Assembly: GCF_009914755.1 (NCBI RefSeq)
Contig: NC_060930.1
DNA from: the human T2T-CHM13v2.0 reference genome, Homo sapiens
Strand: one strand, 5' to 3'
Length of the DNA stretch: 64,000 nucleotides
Shown here piece by piece: positions 16,603-31,191 of the stretch (its first letter is position 1; each line of letters begins with the position of its first letter). The notes below the pieces were generated by a model. That model saw only the letters and a program-made list of their open reading frames with translations. It had not been told where the DNA came from and searched no databases. The position numbers were made by a program, and so were the translations under genes.

Positions 16603-19187
16603 TTTTTGCTTGTTTGCTTTTAGCTTTTTCTTCTTTTTTTTTTTATTATACTTTAAGTTTTAGGATAGACGTGCTCAACATGCAGGTTTGTTACGTAGGT
16701 ATACATGTGCTATGTTGGTTTGCTGCACCCATCAACTTGTCATTTACATTAGGTATTTCTCCTAATGCTATTCCTCCTCCAGTCCTCCACTCCCCTACAG
16801 GCACTGGTGTATGATGTTCCCCTTCCTGTGTCCATGTGTTCTCATTGTTCAACTCCCACCTCTGAGTGAGAACATGCAGTGTTTGGTTTTCCGTCCTTGT
16901 GATAGTTTGCTGAGAATGATGGTTTCCGGCTTCATCCACGTGCCTGCAAAGGGCATGAACTCATTCTTTTGTATGCTGCATAGTATTCTATGATGTTATA
17001 TGTGCCACATTTTCTTAATCCAGTCTATCATTGATGAACATTTGGGTTGGTTCCAAGTCTTTGCTATTGCGAATACTGCCACAATAAACATACGTGTGCA
17101 TATGTCTTTATAGTAGCATGATTTATAATCCTTTGGGTATATACCCAGTAATGGGATCGCTGGGTCAAATGGTATTTCTAGTTCTAAATCCTTGAGCAAT
17201 TGCCACACTGACTTCCAAAATGGTTGAACTAATTTACACTCCCACCAACAGTGTAAAAGCATTCCTATTTCTCCACATCCTTTCCAGCATCTGTTGTTTC
17301 CTGACTTTTTAATGATCGCCATTCTAACTGGCATGAGATGGTATCTCATTGTGGTTTTGATTTGCATCTCTCTAATGACCAGTGATGATGAGCCTTTTTT
17401 CATGTGTCTGTTGGCTGCATAAATGTCTTCTTTTGAGAAGTGTCTGTTCATATACTTTGCCCACTTTTTGATGGGGTTGTTTGTTTTTTTCTTGTAAATT
17501 TGTTTAAGTCCTTTGAAGATTCTGGATATTAGACCTTTGTCAGATGGGTAGATTGCAAAAATTTTCTCCCATTCTGTAGGTTGCCTGTTCACTCTGATGA
17601 TAGTTTCTTTTCCCATGCAGAAGCTCTTTAGTTTAGTTAGATACCATTTGTCTATTTTGGATTTTGTTGCCATTGCTTTTGGTGTTTTAAATTATTCCAA
17701 TCAATAAAAAAAGAGGGAATGCTCCCTAAACCATTTTATGAGGCCAGCATCATCCTGATACCAAAGCCTGGCAGAGACATAACAAAAAAAGAAAATTTTA
17801 GACCAATATCCCTCATGAACATCAATGTGAAAATCCTCAATAAAATACTGGCAAACCGAATCCAGCAGTACATCAAAAAGCTTATCCACCACGTTCAAGC
17901 TGGCTTCATCCCTGGGATGCAAGGCTGGTTCAACATATGCAAATCAATAAATATAATCCATCACATAAACAGAACCAACGACAAAAACCCCCTGATTATC
18001 TCAATAGATGCAGAAAAGGCCTTTGACAAAGTTCAACAGCACTTCATGCTAAAAACTCTCAATAAACTAAGTATTGATGGAACGTATCTCAAAATAATAA
18101 GAGCTATTTATGACAAACCCACAGCCAATATCATACTGAATGATCAAAAACCGGAAGCATTTCCATTGAAACTGGCACAAGACAAGGATGCCCGTTCTCA
18201 CCACTCCTATTCATCATAGTGTTGGAAGTTCCGGCCAGGGCAATCAGGCAAGAGAAAGAAATAAAGGGTATTCAAATAGGAAATGAGGAAATCAAATTTT
18301 CCCTGTTTGCACATGACATGATTGTATATTTAGAAAACCCCATCATCTCAGCCCAAAATCTCCTTAAGCTGATAAGCAACTTCAGCAAAGTCTCAGGATA
18401 CAAAATTGATGTGCAAAAATCACAAGCATTCCTATAAACCAATAACAGACAAACAGAGAGCCAAATCATAAGTAAATTCCCATTCATAATTGCTACAAAG
18501 TTAATAAAATACCTAGGAATCCAACTTACAAGGGATGTGAAGGACCTCTTCAAGGAGAACCACAAACCACTGCTCAACAAAATAAAAGAGGACACAAACA
18601 AATGGAAGAACATCCCATGCTCATGGACAGGTAGAATCAATATCGTGAAAATGGGCATACTGCCCAAGGTAATTTATAGATTCAATGCCATCCCCATCAA
18701 GTTACCAATGACTTTCTTCACAGAATTGGAAAAAAAAACTACTTTAAATTTCAAGTGGAAGCAAAAAAGAGATCGCATCACCAAGACAATCCTAAGCAAG
18801 AAGAACAAAGCTGGAGGCATCATGCTACCTGACTTCAAACTATACTAAAAGGCTACAGTAACCAAAACAGCATGGCACTGGGTACCAAAACAGATATATA
18901 GACCAGTGGAACAGAACAGAGGCCTCAGAAATAATACCACACATCTACAACCATCTGATTTTTGACAAACCTGACACAAACAAGAAATGGGGTAAGGATT
19001 CCCTATTTAATAAATGGTGCTGGGAATACTGGCTAGCCATATGTAGAAAGCTGAAACTGGATCCCTTCCTTACACCTTATACAAAAATTAACTCAAGATG
19101 GATTAAAGACTTAAATGAAAGACCTAAACCCATAAAAAATCCTAGAAGAAAACCTAGGCAATACAATTCAGGGCATAGGCATGGGCA
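16603..19187 (-). mobile_element. 5'-inverted L1PA6-like LINE-1 nested in the L1MA
   Basis: Poly(T), 3'UTR and ORF2 C-terminus on - (to 17689). Inverted RT region on + (17690-19187). TSD AATTCTATCAAACATTT (16586-16602) / AATTCTACCAAACATTT (19188-19204). TT|AAAT nick site on -. Confidence 0.93.
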
Positions 19188-20028
19188 AATTCTACCAAAC
19201 ATTTAAAGAAGAATTAACACAAATCCTTCTCAAATGCTTCCAAAAATCAGAAGATGAGGAAACATTTCCAAACTCAATTTACCATGCAAGGATTACCCTA
19301 ATACTAAAGCCAGATAAGGATGCTACAAGAAAGGAAAATTATAGGCCAACATGTTGATGAATATAGATGCAAAAATTCTCAACAAATTTCTAGAAAACTA
19401 AATTTAATAGCACATTAAAAGAATCATTCACCATGAGCAAGTGAGATTCATCACAGGGATATAAGGATAATTCAACACATACAAATTAATAAATGTGATG
19501 CACTGCATTAACGGAATGAAGGACAAAATTCATATTTCAATAGATGAAGAGAAAGCATTAACAAAATTCAACAGCCTTCCATGGTAAAATAGTCACAACA
19601 AATTAGGTGTAGACGAAATAAATCTCAACATAATAAAAGCCATATGTGACAATCTCATGGCTAACATTATATTCAACAGTAAAAGGCTGAAAGCTTTTCC
19701 TCTAAGATCAGGAACAAGACAAGGGTGCCCCCCTCACAATTTCTATTCAACATAGTACTGAATATCCTAGCCAGAGCAATTAGAGAACAAAAAGAAATAA
19801 ATGTCACCGAAATTAGGAAAGAATAAAATTATTTTGTCTGCCAATGACATATAGAAAACACTAAAGACTCAACCAAAAAAAGTTATAATTTATACACAAA
19901 TACAGTAAATTTGCAAGATACAGAATCAGCATACAAAACTTACTTGCATTTCCATACCCTTGAAACAAACCATCTGAAAAAGAAACTGAGTAAATTGTCT
20001 ATTTATAATAGCATCAAAAAAGAACACA

Positions 20029-20344
20029 GGCCAGGCACAGTAGCTCATGCCTGTAATCCCAGCACTTTGGGAGGCCGAGGCGGGCAGATCACCTGAGGTC
20101 AGGAGTTCAAGACCAGCCTGGCCAACATGACGAAACCCCATCTCTACTAAAATTTTAAAAAAGTAGCCTGGTGTGGTGGTGGGTGCCTGTAATCCCAGCT
20201 ACTCAGAGGCTGAGGCAGGAGAATCACTTGAACCGGGAGGCAGAGGTTGCAGTGAGCCGAGTTTGTGCCATTGCACTCCAGCCTGGGCGACAGACCAAGA
20301 CTCCGTCTCAGAAAAACAAACAAACAAACAAACAAACAAACAAA
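20029..20344 (+). mobile_element. AluSx-type element with (CAAA)n tail
   Basis: GATCACCTGAGGTCAGGAGTTCAAGACCAGCCTGGCCAACATG; complete dimer. Confidence 0.93.
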
Positions 20345-20846
20345 TCGAATATGATACTTGGGAATAAATTTGACCAAGGAGGTGAAGGATTTGTACTATA
20401 ACTATAAGAAATTGTTGAAAAAAAATGAGGACAACAAAAATAAGTAGAAGGGTATTCCATATACATGTGTTGGAAGAAGTAGTATTTTTTAAATGTCCAT
20501 ACTTCCCAAAGTGATCTACAGATTCAGTACAATCCCTATTAAAATTCCAATGGCATTATTCACAGAAAGATAAATTTTTAAAATTCGGGTAGAACCACAA
20601 AAGACCCCGAATAGTCAAAGAAATCTGAGAAAGAAGAACAAATCTGGAGGCATCACACACTTTGATTTCAATGTATACTTTAAAGCTATTATAATTAAAA
20701 CATTATACTACTGGCATAAAAACAGACACACAGACCAATAAAACAGAATAGAAAGCACAGTAACAAACCACCAAGTATATGGTCAACTAATCTTTGATAG
20801 GGATGCCAAGAAAAGACATGAGGAAAAGAAAATCTCTTCAATAAGA

Positions 20847-21277
20847 TATATTAGTCAGGGTTCTCCAGAGAGACAGAACTAATAGGATAAATGTATATGA
20901 AAGAGAGTTTATTAGGGAGAATTGGCTCATACAATCACAAGGCGAAATCCTACAACACACCGTGTGTAAGTTGGGTAAGAATTAAGCCAGTAGTACCTCA
21001 GTCTGTCCAAACGCCTCAAAAGCAGCAAAGTTAACAGCCGTCAGTCTGTGGCTGAAGTCCTGAGAGCCCCCAGCACACCGCTGGTTTAAGTTTAAGAATC
21101 CAAAGGCCGTGGAAGCTGGAGTCTTCCGTCCAAAGATAGGAGGAACATAAGGAACCACTCAGCACCAGAGAAAGATGAAATACAGAAGACTCCCACCTAC
21201 TTCTTCCTGCATTGTTCTTGCTACGCTGGCAGAGACTGGATGGTGCCTACCCACATTGAGGGTAGGTCTTTCTTTCC
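20847..21277 (-). mobile_element. MLT2B-like ERVL LTR missing one end
   Basis: TATTAGTCAGGGTTCTCCAGAGAGACAGAACTAATAGG start and GGTGCCTACCCACATTGAGGGTAGGTCT motif. Joins L1 sequence abruptly at ~21278. Confidence 0.8.
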
Positions 21278-21509
21278 TCATCAGAGAAATGCAAATCAAA
21301 ACCACAATAAGATATCACCTCACACCTGTTAGGCAGGCTATTATCAAAGAGACAAAAGATAACAAGTGTTGATGAGGGAGTGGAGAAAAGGGAACCCTTG
21401 TGCATTGTTAATGGGAATGTAAATTGGTATAGCCACATGGAAAACAGTATTGAGGTTCCTCAAAAAAGGAAAAAGAGAACTACAATAGGATTCTGCAATG
21501 CCACTTCTG

Positions 21510-21517
21510 TATATATA

Positions 21518-21579
<62 letters not shown>
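21510..21579. repeat. (TA)n(CA)n compound microsatellite
   Basis: Read directly; sits at the GGGTATATA site of the host L1. Confidence 0.95.
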
Positions 21580-22123
21580 GGAAATTAAATCAGTGTGTTG
21601 AAGAGATAGCTGCAACTCCATGTTCACACAGCATCATTCATAAAAGCCAAGATATGGAAACAACCTAAGCATGATTCGCAAATGAATGGATAAGGAAAAT
21701 GTGTATGTGTATGCATGAATGTAATGGCATATTATTCAGCAATAAAAATAAAGAAAATTCTGCCATTTGTGGGAACGTGGATGAACCTAGAGAAAATATG
21801 TTAAGTGACATAACCCAGGCACAGAAAGGCAAATACTGCATAATCTCCCTTTACATAGAATCTAGAAATAGGAAATTTATACATGCCGAGAGTAGAATAG
21901 TAGTTACCAGGGGCTGGAGGGTGGAGGAAACAGGGAGATGTTGGTTAAAAGGTACAAACTTTTAGTTAAAAGATGAACAAGTTCTGGGTATTTAAGGTAC
22001 AGCATGGGTAATGATGGGTGTATTAATTTGATTGTGGTAATCATTACACAATATACATGTACATGAAATCATCACACTGTATACTTTCAGTATATGCAAT
22101 CTTATTTGTCAATTAAAAATTTA

Positions 22124-22505
<382 letters not shown>

Positions 22506-23253
22506 AAATAATTATAACCATTGTTTGAGATATATATATATTTATATATATAGTTTTATATATATTATATATGTACTTTATAACAATGATTATATGTAAA
22601 TTATATAAAGTATATATATAGAAACAGATACATAGTTGTGATGGTCTAACAACTCTTATAACTCAAAGAAACAATTGTTTAAACCAGTTTGTTTTAAAAT
22701 CATGCTTTCAAGTTTCACTTTTACCTGTTCCTTTGTAGAATATTGTCTCAGAGAGTCTGAATGTTTTCTCAATGTAAAAATTCCTTCTTATGCTATTTCC
22801 ATAATGTTGATGGGGTAGTACCTAATTTATGAATTTTGGAGTATATTCTGACTAAAATCTGTTTATTGCATTTATTCTGCCCTACTAATGTAAATTTCAT
22901 TTTTAAAATTTTGTCCAATTCAATAATGTAATTATTTTGGGATTTTTTTCTTGAAAATGGTATGTCTCAAATGACTTCCATGAGGGATTTAAATATTCCT
23001 ATGAAAATCAGGTCAAATAATTTGTTGAAAATTCCAATTAACTGTTTTCTATTTTTAATTCATAAAGTTGTTACCTTATGAAGTTCCTTCTTGGCATCAG
23101 TAGAAAACCATGAATCATATAATGAGTAGACATCAGTGTGTCATAAGGATGTGAAGTGATCATGCTCAGTTGAATCAGCTAGGTGGGAAGAAAAGGGAGC
23201 TGTTCCCTTGTGGAGAAAGTAAAAGAAGCTTCAGGTGTACCTGAAGGTGTACT

Positions 23254-23552
<299 letters not shown>

Positions 23553-25299
23553 TTAAGTTTCAACTCTCTCAAGCTAAAGCTGGTTATATTTATTGTCTTC
23601 CTGTGAGAGAGAACATTTGTCTGTTCACAAATTTTTCACAAAAAGTTGGATAACTTACTACATTTTTATATTTGTGTATCTGAATTGCTGCTGCCATAGG
23701 TTAAATGGAATATGATCACGGCAAATTGACAGTCAAACCTAGCCTGAAAATGAATAAAGAACGTCAGTCTACAGAACGTTTTCCATCCCAGAACTCAGGC
23801 AAGTCAGGGTTCAAAGATACTGAATGAGTCCAATGCCTGAACACAGGCTGAAAGTTTTAGCAGAAAACTACTATTAAAAGCAAATTGTAGCTGATTCATC
23901 AGAGATTTGCAGATTTAAATTGAGGTAACTGCTGCCCTACCTTTGGGGAACTGGTGAGTAGTGTAGTTTAGCAGTAATGAAAATAAAATGACTCAAAATA
24001 TAAGTTAAAATGTGAAAATAAAGAGCTAATAAGCATCTTAAATGATTTGTAGTATAAAATATTTGGAACTTACTGACACTTTGAAAATAATGTCTATTCC
24101 ACGACACCAACAGCTGTTAAATTTTGTGGTGATTGCTGAAATGGAAAAGAACGGGCTTGTAAAGGTGAAGAGAGTCTAAAATTAGTATTGTCTGTGTTTG
24201 TATGAAATGAGCTCATTCCTCATGTCCATATTTGAGAACTTTACAAGACAATAATAATTATTAGTATTGTCTTGTAAAACTGTAAGTCTGATAATTTATT
24301 ACCACTTTCACATGAGTATTGCTATTCAATGTATCTACCAATAAGGAAAACAAAGCCATGAATGGGAAAAGCAGTTGTCCAAGATCTCACAGTCAAAATG
24401 TGGTAACAATTTTACTGAAATGAAGATTCTTTTGGTTTCAAAGCTCTTATTCTTTCTGCTGGCTACACTGACTCTAGAATAGGTATAGTGTAAGACTTTC
24501 AAAATGCTGATAGGGCATCAACGCCTGTTCTTAATTTGATTAAAATAAAAAGCATACAAAGTGTATATTTTCCTTTCTTGGAATTAACTGAGGTAATTTT
24601 GTTTTTCCTCCCTCATTTGTCCTGAAGACAGTTTACACTTGGTCGGACCACACAAGCAAAGTTTCAAGAAAAACAGGCATTTTAAATGAAAGATCTAAGT
24701 AACTGGCAGGCAAGGATTAGAATGGAAACTATTTTAAAAGACAAGTATATCATTTAGCCTTTGGTAATCTAGAATATACATACCCATATCAATCACATTT
24801 TACAGTTTGCAGACTTAACAGAAATGCTTGTACAAACAATGTTGATAATCAAAAGCAAGTTGACACATGAGAATAAGATAATATGTAAGTTCTACTTAAA
24901 TATTTTCATTTTGCTATTGCCTTGCAAATGTTGGCCTGTAATTAAGCTTATAAAATATGAAAAATGCCATTCATTTTGTCTTGTGGTTTTCTTAGAGAAC
25001 TGTGCAGCTTCTACAAGATGGTTTCAAATGACTATTGATTTAAAGTCCTAAATCAAGTATTTACTATAATATATATTTATATATGCTATATGTTAAAATA
25101 CATAAAGTATATTTATGAAGCTCTAAACAATATATATAATACAGAAAGATATGAGCAAAACAAAAAGAAATATATTATTGTAAAGTGTATTATATCATCA
25201 TAAAGAACATCATATAAGGGATGTAATATATAGTGGATACATATTTACAAACACTTTTGCATGTTTTTTATGCCCTCTTGTTAAAGGAGAAAACCATTT

Positions 25300-25430
25300 T
25301 TCTTGATTCATTACTTTGTCATAGATATTTATTGAGAACCGAATATGTGCCAGACACTATTTCTAGGCACTGTGGACAAAGTTATGAATGTAGACAAGTC
25401 TTTTTACACGTGGAGTTTTTACATCCTAGA
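25300..25430 (-). mobile_element. L2 3' fragment
   Basis: ATATTTATTGAGAACCGAATATGTGCCAGACACTATTTCTAGGCACTG. Confidence 0.7.
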
Positions 25431-25784
25431 TGAGAAAAGGCTTGGTAATAGTTTCTTCTCAGAACTGTATATTCTAGTCACATCACTCTATAAAGATGTT
25501 TTTGAACATATATATTTATACGTAAATGTCTTAATTATATGCAAAATAATAAAATTAAAGTACAAAAAAAATTGCCTGTACTCAAAACTTGCTTGAATGC
25601 TTTGGAATGGTAACTTACAATTTTTCCACCAAACTAGGTGTGAGCAAAACAAATACAAGACATTGGTAGGAAGTAAATATACACAACGATTTATCAAATT
25701 GCTTCCAAAGGTTGTTTTTTTTTTCTTGTATTTAATGATAAAAAAGGCTACAAATTGACAGTGATTCATTGTGGGTTTTCTTCT

Positions 25785-28065
25785 TTGCTTTTTTTTATTT
25801 TAGTAAAATATGCATCACATGAAATTTACCATTTTAACCATTTTAAAGTGCACAATTCAGTGTCATTAAGCACATTCATGATGTCATGTAACTATCACCA
25901 ATATCTAGTTTTAGAATGTTTTCATCATTTTAAATGGGAATATCACATCCAGCTAGATATTCACTCTCATTCTTCCATGCTGCCAGTCCCTAGCAACTGC
26001 TTATCTGCTTTTTATCACCATGAATTTACCTATTCTGGATATTTCATATAAATGGGATCATAAATATGTGACTTTTTCTGTGTGTCTTCTTTTACTTAGC
26101 ATAATGTTTTAAAGGTTTCTCCATGTACCAGCACTTCATCCCTTTTTATAGTTGAATAATATCCCATTGCATGGTTATATCACATTTTGCTTATCTATTC
26201 AGCTATTAATGGACACTTGTGCTATTTCTACTTTTTGGCTAGTGTGAACAGCGCTGCTATGAACATTTGTGTACACATATTTGACTACCTGCTTTCGATT
26301 CTTCCAGGTATCTTGAAGTGAAATTTCTGGGTGATATGGTAATATTTAAAAAATCGTTGCCACTTCCAAGATACTGATTATTTGGCCTTTGGTATAGGGT
26401 AAAACTGGCCCCATAAAATGAGTCAAGAAATATTTCTTCCTCTTCGATGTTTTGGAAGAGCTTGAAAATGACTGGTTAAATCTTTAAATGCTAGGTAGAA
26501 TTCACCAGTGAATCCATCAGGTCCTGAACTTTTTGTGTTATAAGTTTTTGGTTATGATTGTAATCTCTTTACTTGTTATAACTCTGTTCAGATTTTCTAT
26601 TTATTCTTGAGTCAGTTTTGGTAGTTTGTGTGTTTCTAGGAATTTGTCTATTTTAATGGGTTTACTTAAATTGTTGGTGTACAATTGTTCATAGTGTTTT
26701 CTTATAATCTTTTTTTAAAACTTCTGTAAGGTTAGTGGTAATTTGTCTCCACCTTCATTTCTGATTTTAGTTATTTCTGTCTTTTCTCCTTTTGTCTTAG
26801 CCTAGCTACAAGTTTGTCAATTTTGCTTTTAATTTCAAATAACTAAATTTTGGTTTCCTTGATTTTTCTCTGTTGTTTTATTTTATTTATCTCCTCTCTA
26901 AGCTTTATTGCTTTCTTTGTTATACCAGTTTTGGGTTTAGTTTGTTATTTTCTGTCTAGTTCCTTAAAATGTAAATTTAAGTCATTGATTTGAGATCTTT
27001 TCTTGTGTTTAATGCCTGCATTGACAACTATAAATTTTTATCTGAACACTGCTTTCTCTCACTTCTGTAAGTTTTGTTATGTTTACTTTTGTTTTCATTC
27101 CTCTCAAAGTATTTTTAAACTTCTCTATGATTTCTTCTTTGATGCATTGGTTGTGTAGGAGTATGTTGTTTTATTTGCATATATTTGTGCATTTTTCAAT
27201 GTTCTTTCTGTTATTGAGATCTAGTTCAGTTCCAGGTAATAGGAGAAGATGCTGTACTTTGTATGATCTCAATTTTAAAAAATTTACTAACACTTGTTTT
27301 TTGGCCTCAACATATGGCCTATCCTAGAGAATGTTCCATGTGCACTAAAGAAGAATGTGTATTCTGCTGTCGTTGGGTGAAAAGTTCTTCTAATAATATG
27401 TGTTGTTCAAGTCCTGTATTTTCTTATTCATTTTCTGTCTAGTTGTTGTATCCATTATTGAGAGTTGAGTACTGAAGTCTGTAACTATTATTATAGAACT
27501 TTCTATTTATCTCATAAACTCTGATCAATTTTACTTTATCTATTTTGGGTCTGTCTTGTTATGTGCAAATATATTTATTATATTTTCTTGATGGGTCTAA
27601 CTTCTTATTAATACATAATGTGCCTCCTTATCTCTTGCAAAAATGTTTGTCTATTTTGACTCGTATTTATACAGACACCCCAGCTCTCTTTTGGTTGATG
27701 TTTACATGCGATATCTTTTTCTTCAGTCTTTTTGCTTTCAAACTCTTTATGCTTTGGGATCTGAAGTAAATTGCTTGAAGAAGCATATAGATGAATCATT
27801 TTTTTATTTGTTTTGTTTTAATATATTATGCTAATCAATGATTTTTAATTGGAGAGTTTAATCAAACTATATTTAATATAATTAGGGATAGGGAAGAACT
27901 TTATTCTGCCATTTTAGTTATTTTCATATGCCATATATCTTTTTTTGTTCCTCAGTTCCTCTTTTACTGCTTTCTTTCCTCCTTAAGTAATTTTTGTAGT
28001 ATACCTTTCTTTGTTCCCTTATTTCCTTTTCTGTGTAGTTTTATATTTTCTTTTATTTTGGGTTG
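25785..28065 (-). mobile_element. L1MB-like LINE-1: 3'UTR plus 5' half of ORF2, with a large internal gap near 26345-26380
   Basis: AAATTTACCATTTTAACCATTTTAAAGTGCACAATTCAGTG is an L1MB-type 3' end. From 26380, antisense ORF2 motifs (TAGAATTCACCAGTGAATCCATC; AAGAATGTGTATTCTGCTG). Confidence 0.8.
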
Positions 28066-31000
28066 ACATGTAATAATTTTCTGTATTTATGGTAGATAGA
28101 GTGATTTTTGATGCATGTATGCAATGTGTTGAGCAAACCAGGGTAGTTAGTATATGCATTCATACAACATTCAAATATGAATACATAGCATTTCTGTGGC
28201 AATATTAAAATCTCCAGCATACAGGTTGGTGAGTTTTCACGTAGGTAAGCCCCTAAATAGCTACCACCAAGATCAGGATATAGAGCATTTCCTGCACTCT
28301 TGTCTGTAAGTGGATTATATTTCTATTTTTAAAAAGACATGACACAAAAAAAGACTCACGACTGTTCATTCAGTCTACGGTTCTCTGTGTTGTATTCTAC
28401 CTTGTCATTTTTCATGAATATTAGAAAGTTTATGTATGTCAGGCAGTATTTTGTATGGTATTAAAACAAAAACCTAAGATATCCACGTCAGGAAATAGGA
28501 GATGTAAAGCTCATAAGTGTTTTTGGTGATTTAACCAAGTATTGGCTCTATTTTCCTATGACAGCATGTGTCCATAAGTGAGTAGTAACATATATTATGC
28601 TAAAATAAAGTCCTGTCATAAAATAAGGCTGGGAAACCCTGTGTTGAATAAAATATAAAAGACTTATCAGAGTCTTCAATCGATTATATGTACATTGAAA
28701 ATCTAGAAGCATTTTATAAACTTATTTGGTTATGAAAACATTTTATAAAATAAAATACTTAGGGAAAAATTTGGAATATATTTTTAAAAGCCTATTTTTG
28801 TTTACATTAAAAATGTTATTTTACGATTTGCCTTTGATTATTCTATCCTAACATAGACTTCTCTATCATACATCAGCATTATATGTAAGTCAATAAATTA
28901 AAAAGATGTAAATTAAATTTAAATTTTAAAGGTAAATAGATAAATATGGTTTTGGTAGTACAGCATTTTCCCCAAAAAAATTATAAGTGAAACCTCAAAA
29001 TGTATAAGAATAAAATAAAATTACCCTCTTTGGTCCAACCTGTCTCTCTGCATACCCCACAAATTGTCATTTTGAGATGCTTATTTAGAAACCTAGATTT
29101 CCATGTAAAAGTTTCAGAAAGCAACAACTTCATACCACCAGCTTAAAGAGCTGATGTTTTGAGAGTGACCTGCAACCTCAAGGTTGCAAAGCAGATTGAT
29201 AGTAGTATAGGAAGGAGAACACAAGATCCTGCTTTAACTTCATTGCTTATTTCATGATATCTAATTGTTGCACAATCTAATTTAAAGAACTAGCTTATAT
29301 AAAATGGAATATAAAGCACATTCTTTAAAGAAAAGTGAATTCTTTTTATATTAGTAACTAAAAGTGAAATTTGACATTTTCTTAAACCAATTAAATAGAA
29401 GCGTGTTTTCTTAAAGATGATAGATTTTGGTTATCACTTTAAATCTGCTTCAGTCTTTGTGATTTCTAAAAGTTATTTTCTATTTCTTAAAGCAAATGCA
29501 TTGGATGGATTGGGCTTCTTTTAAACACAAAATGAAGATAATCTAGTTGATTTGATAGGTTCAGTATTCATAATTAAAATACTATAAAAATATATCAGTA
29601 AAATAATGGCTGAATGATCTTATAGCTATTTTTTTCTATTTACAAGAGGCTGCAAAAAATTTCGGTTTAATCACTAATAAAGCAGGGAGCAAATGAAGCA
29701 TATATGATCTACTGGTGGCCAAAAAATATTAAACCCATTATTTTTTGTATGTTTATTTTGTATATGCTAGAACTATATATTGGTTCTCTCCTTGGAGTAA
29801 CACAAAACATGAAAACATACATTGATAACTTGTGAAAGACATTAACACTTTCAGTTTGCAGCTGCTGTGCAAAAGAAATGTCACTTTTAAAAGTATTTTT
29901 TAAACTTGAAGTCTACACAATTTTCTATATCTTACTACTAGTTCATTGGGAAAATCCTAATAACTGACACACACAATTATGTCAGGTAATTAACCAGAAG
30001 TCCATTAAATCAGTCATATTTCAAATATTGCAATGGATATACGACTGTAATCCTTGTCTGCACTGGCTCTTACTTACAGACTTATATTTTTAAACTATGG
30101 TTTTTAGCTTTTGGGTGTCATCTTTTCTAATTATTTTAAGTACAAACTTACTGACAAATTTATACTATGTTGTTGTAATTCAGAAGAAGTATTTGAAGTA
30201 CAAATCCTTAACCAATGTGTTTTATGGCCTGAGGGTTCTGGGTCAGTATCCTGAGTACCGTGGCCTGGCTTTGTCATGAATTAGCTTCAAACTAGTGTAA
30301 CTCGGTTCTGTACTTTAAATTACATGCTTAATGTTTTTGTCTTTTTGAGATAATGCTCACAGTTAATTCTTTCTGCTTTCCTCTAACAGCTCCATGTCAT
30401 TGGATATGTTTTTCTCCCCATACTCAGCCTTATTCTAGAGTGGAGTCCTTTTTCACACCCCTTTTGAAGTTCTGGCTGGTGTCAAGCTAGAATAATAGGA
30501 CTGAATCTTTAGTATGATGAAATAAAGTTAATAAGATTCAATTAGCACAATAGCACACTGAAATTATTCCATAAGAGTTATTCAATATTAACAAGGAAGA
30601 CATGCTCATTTTGTAAACATTTCACTTTGATGCCTGAAGAATTCGAAATGTCACCAGTTCTAATCCATCTCTACTCTCCGCCTCAGTGTCCAGATCCAAA
30701 CTATTGCATTCCATTTTTAGTATTTACTGAAAATTAGGACTACAATGAAAGAAGAGGAGTAAAATATCCCTAAGCCTCCATGGGAATGAGAAAAACAAGG
30801 GGAAGAGAACAAAGAGAAAGGATGATAATGGAAAGGGAGAACATGTGGATGATTTGAAAGTAGATAGGGAAAATAAATAATTGCTCTATACTGTTACTCA
30901 AGACTAGTAATAGATTGAACATTGATGGACTAGTAATAGATTGAACAATGATTGACTATCTGTTATGTACTGTCATGTTCAATTATGCTCATAACTCTCA

Positions 31001-31191
31001 GCCTTTACAATAACCACTCCCAAATCAAGGTGGTGCTTCCATTTCTAAGTGTGTTAATATTTAATTGAATGTTAGAGAACAAATATATCTCTATTGAAAT
31101 AATATATTAGGCAGCTAATGTGTCCAAAACAGTTCAGAACCATCTTCTCATAAGAATATTATAATTCTGTTTGCTCGGCTTATGAAGCTTT

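Noticed and set aside
24600-24710. Possible + strand exon (pyrimidine tract, TGAAG|ACAG ... TAA|GTAACT)
   Set aside because: Weak sites, no partner exon and no recognisable frame.
29171-29188. Small palindrome TGCAACCT-CA-AGGTTGCA (also GACAAATTAATTTGTC at 48683-48698)
   Set aside because: Eight-bp arms are expected a few times by chance in 64 kb.
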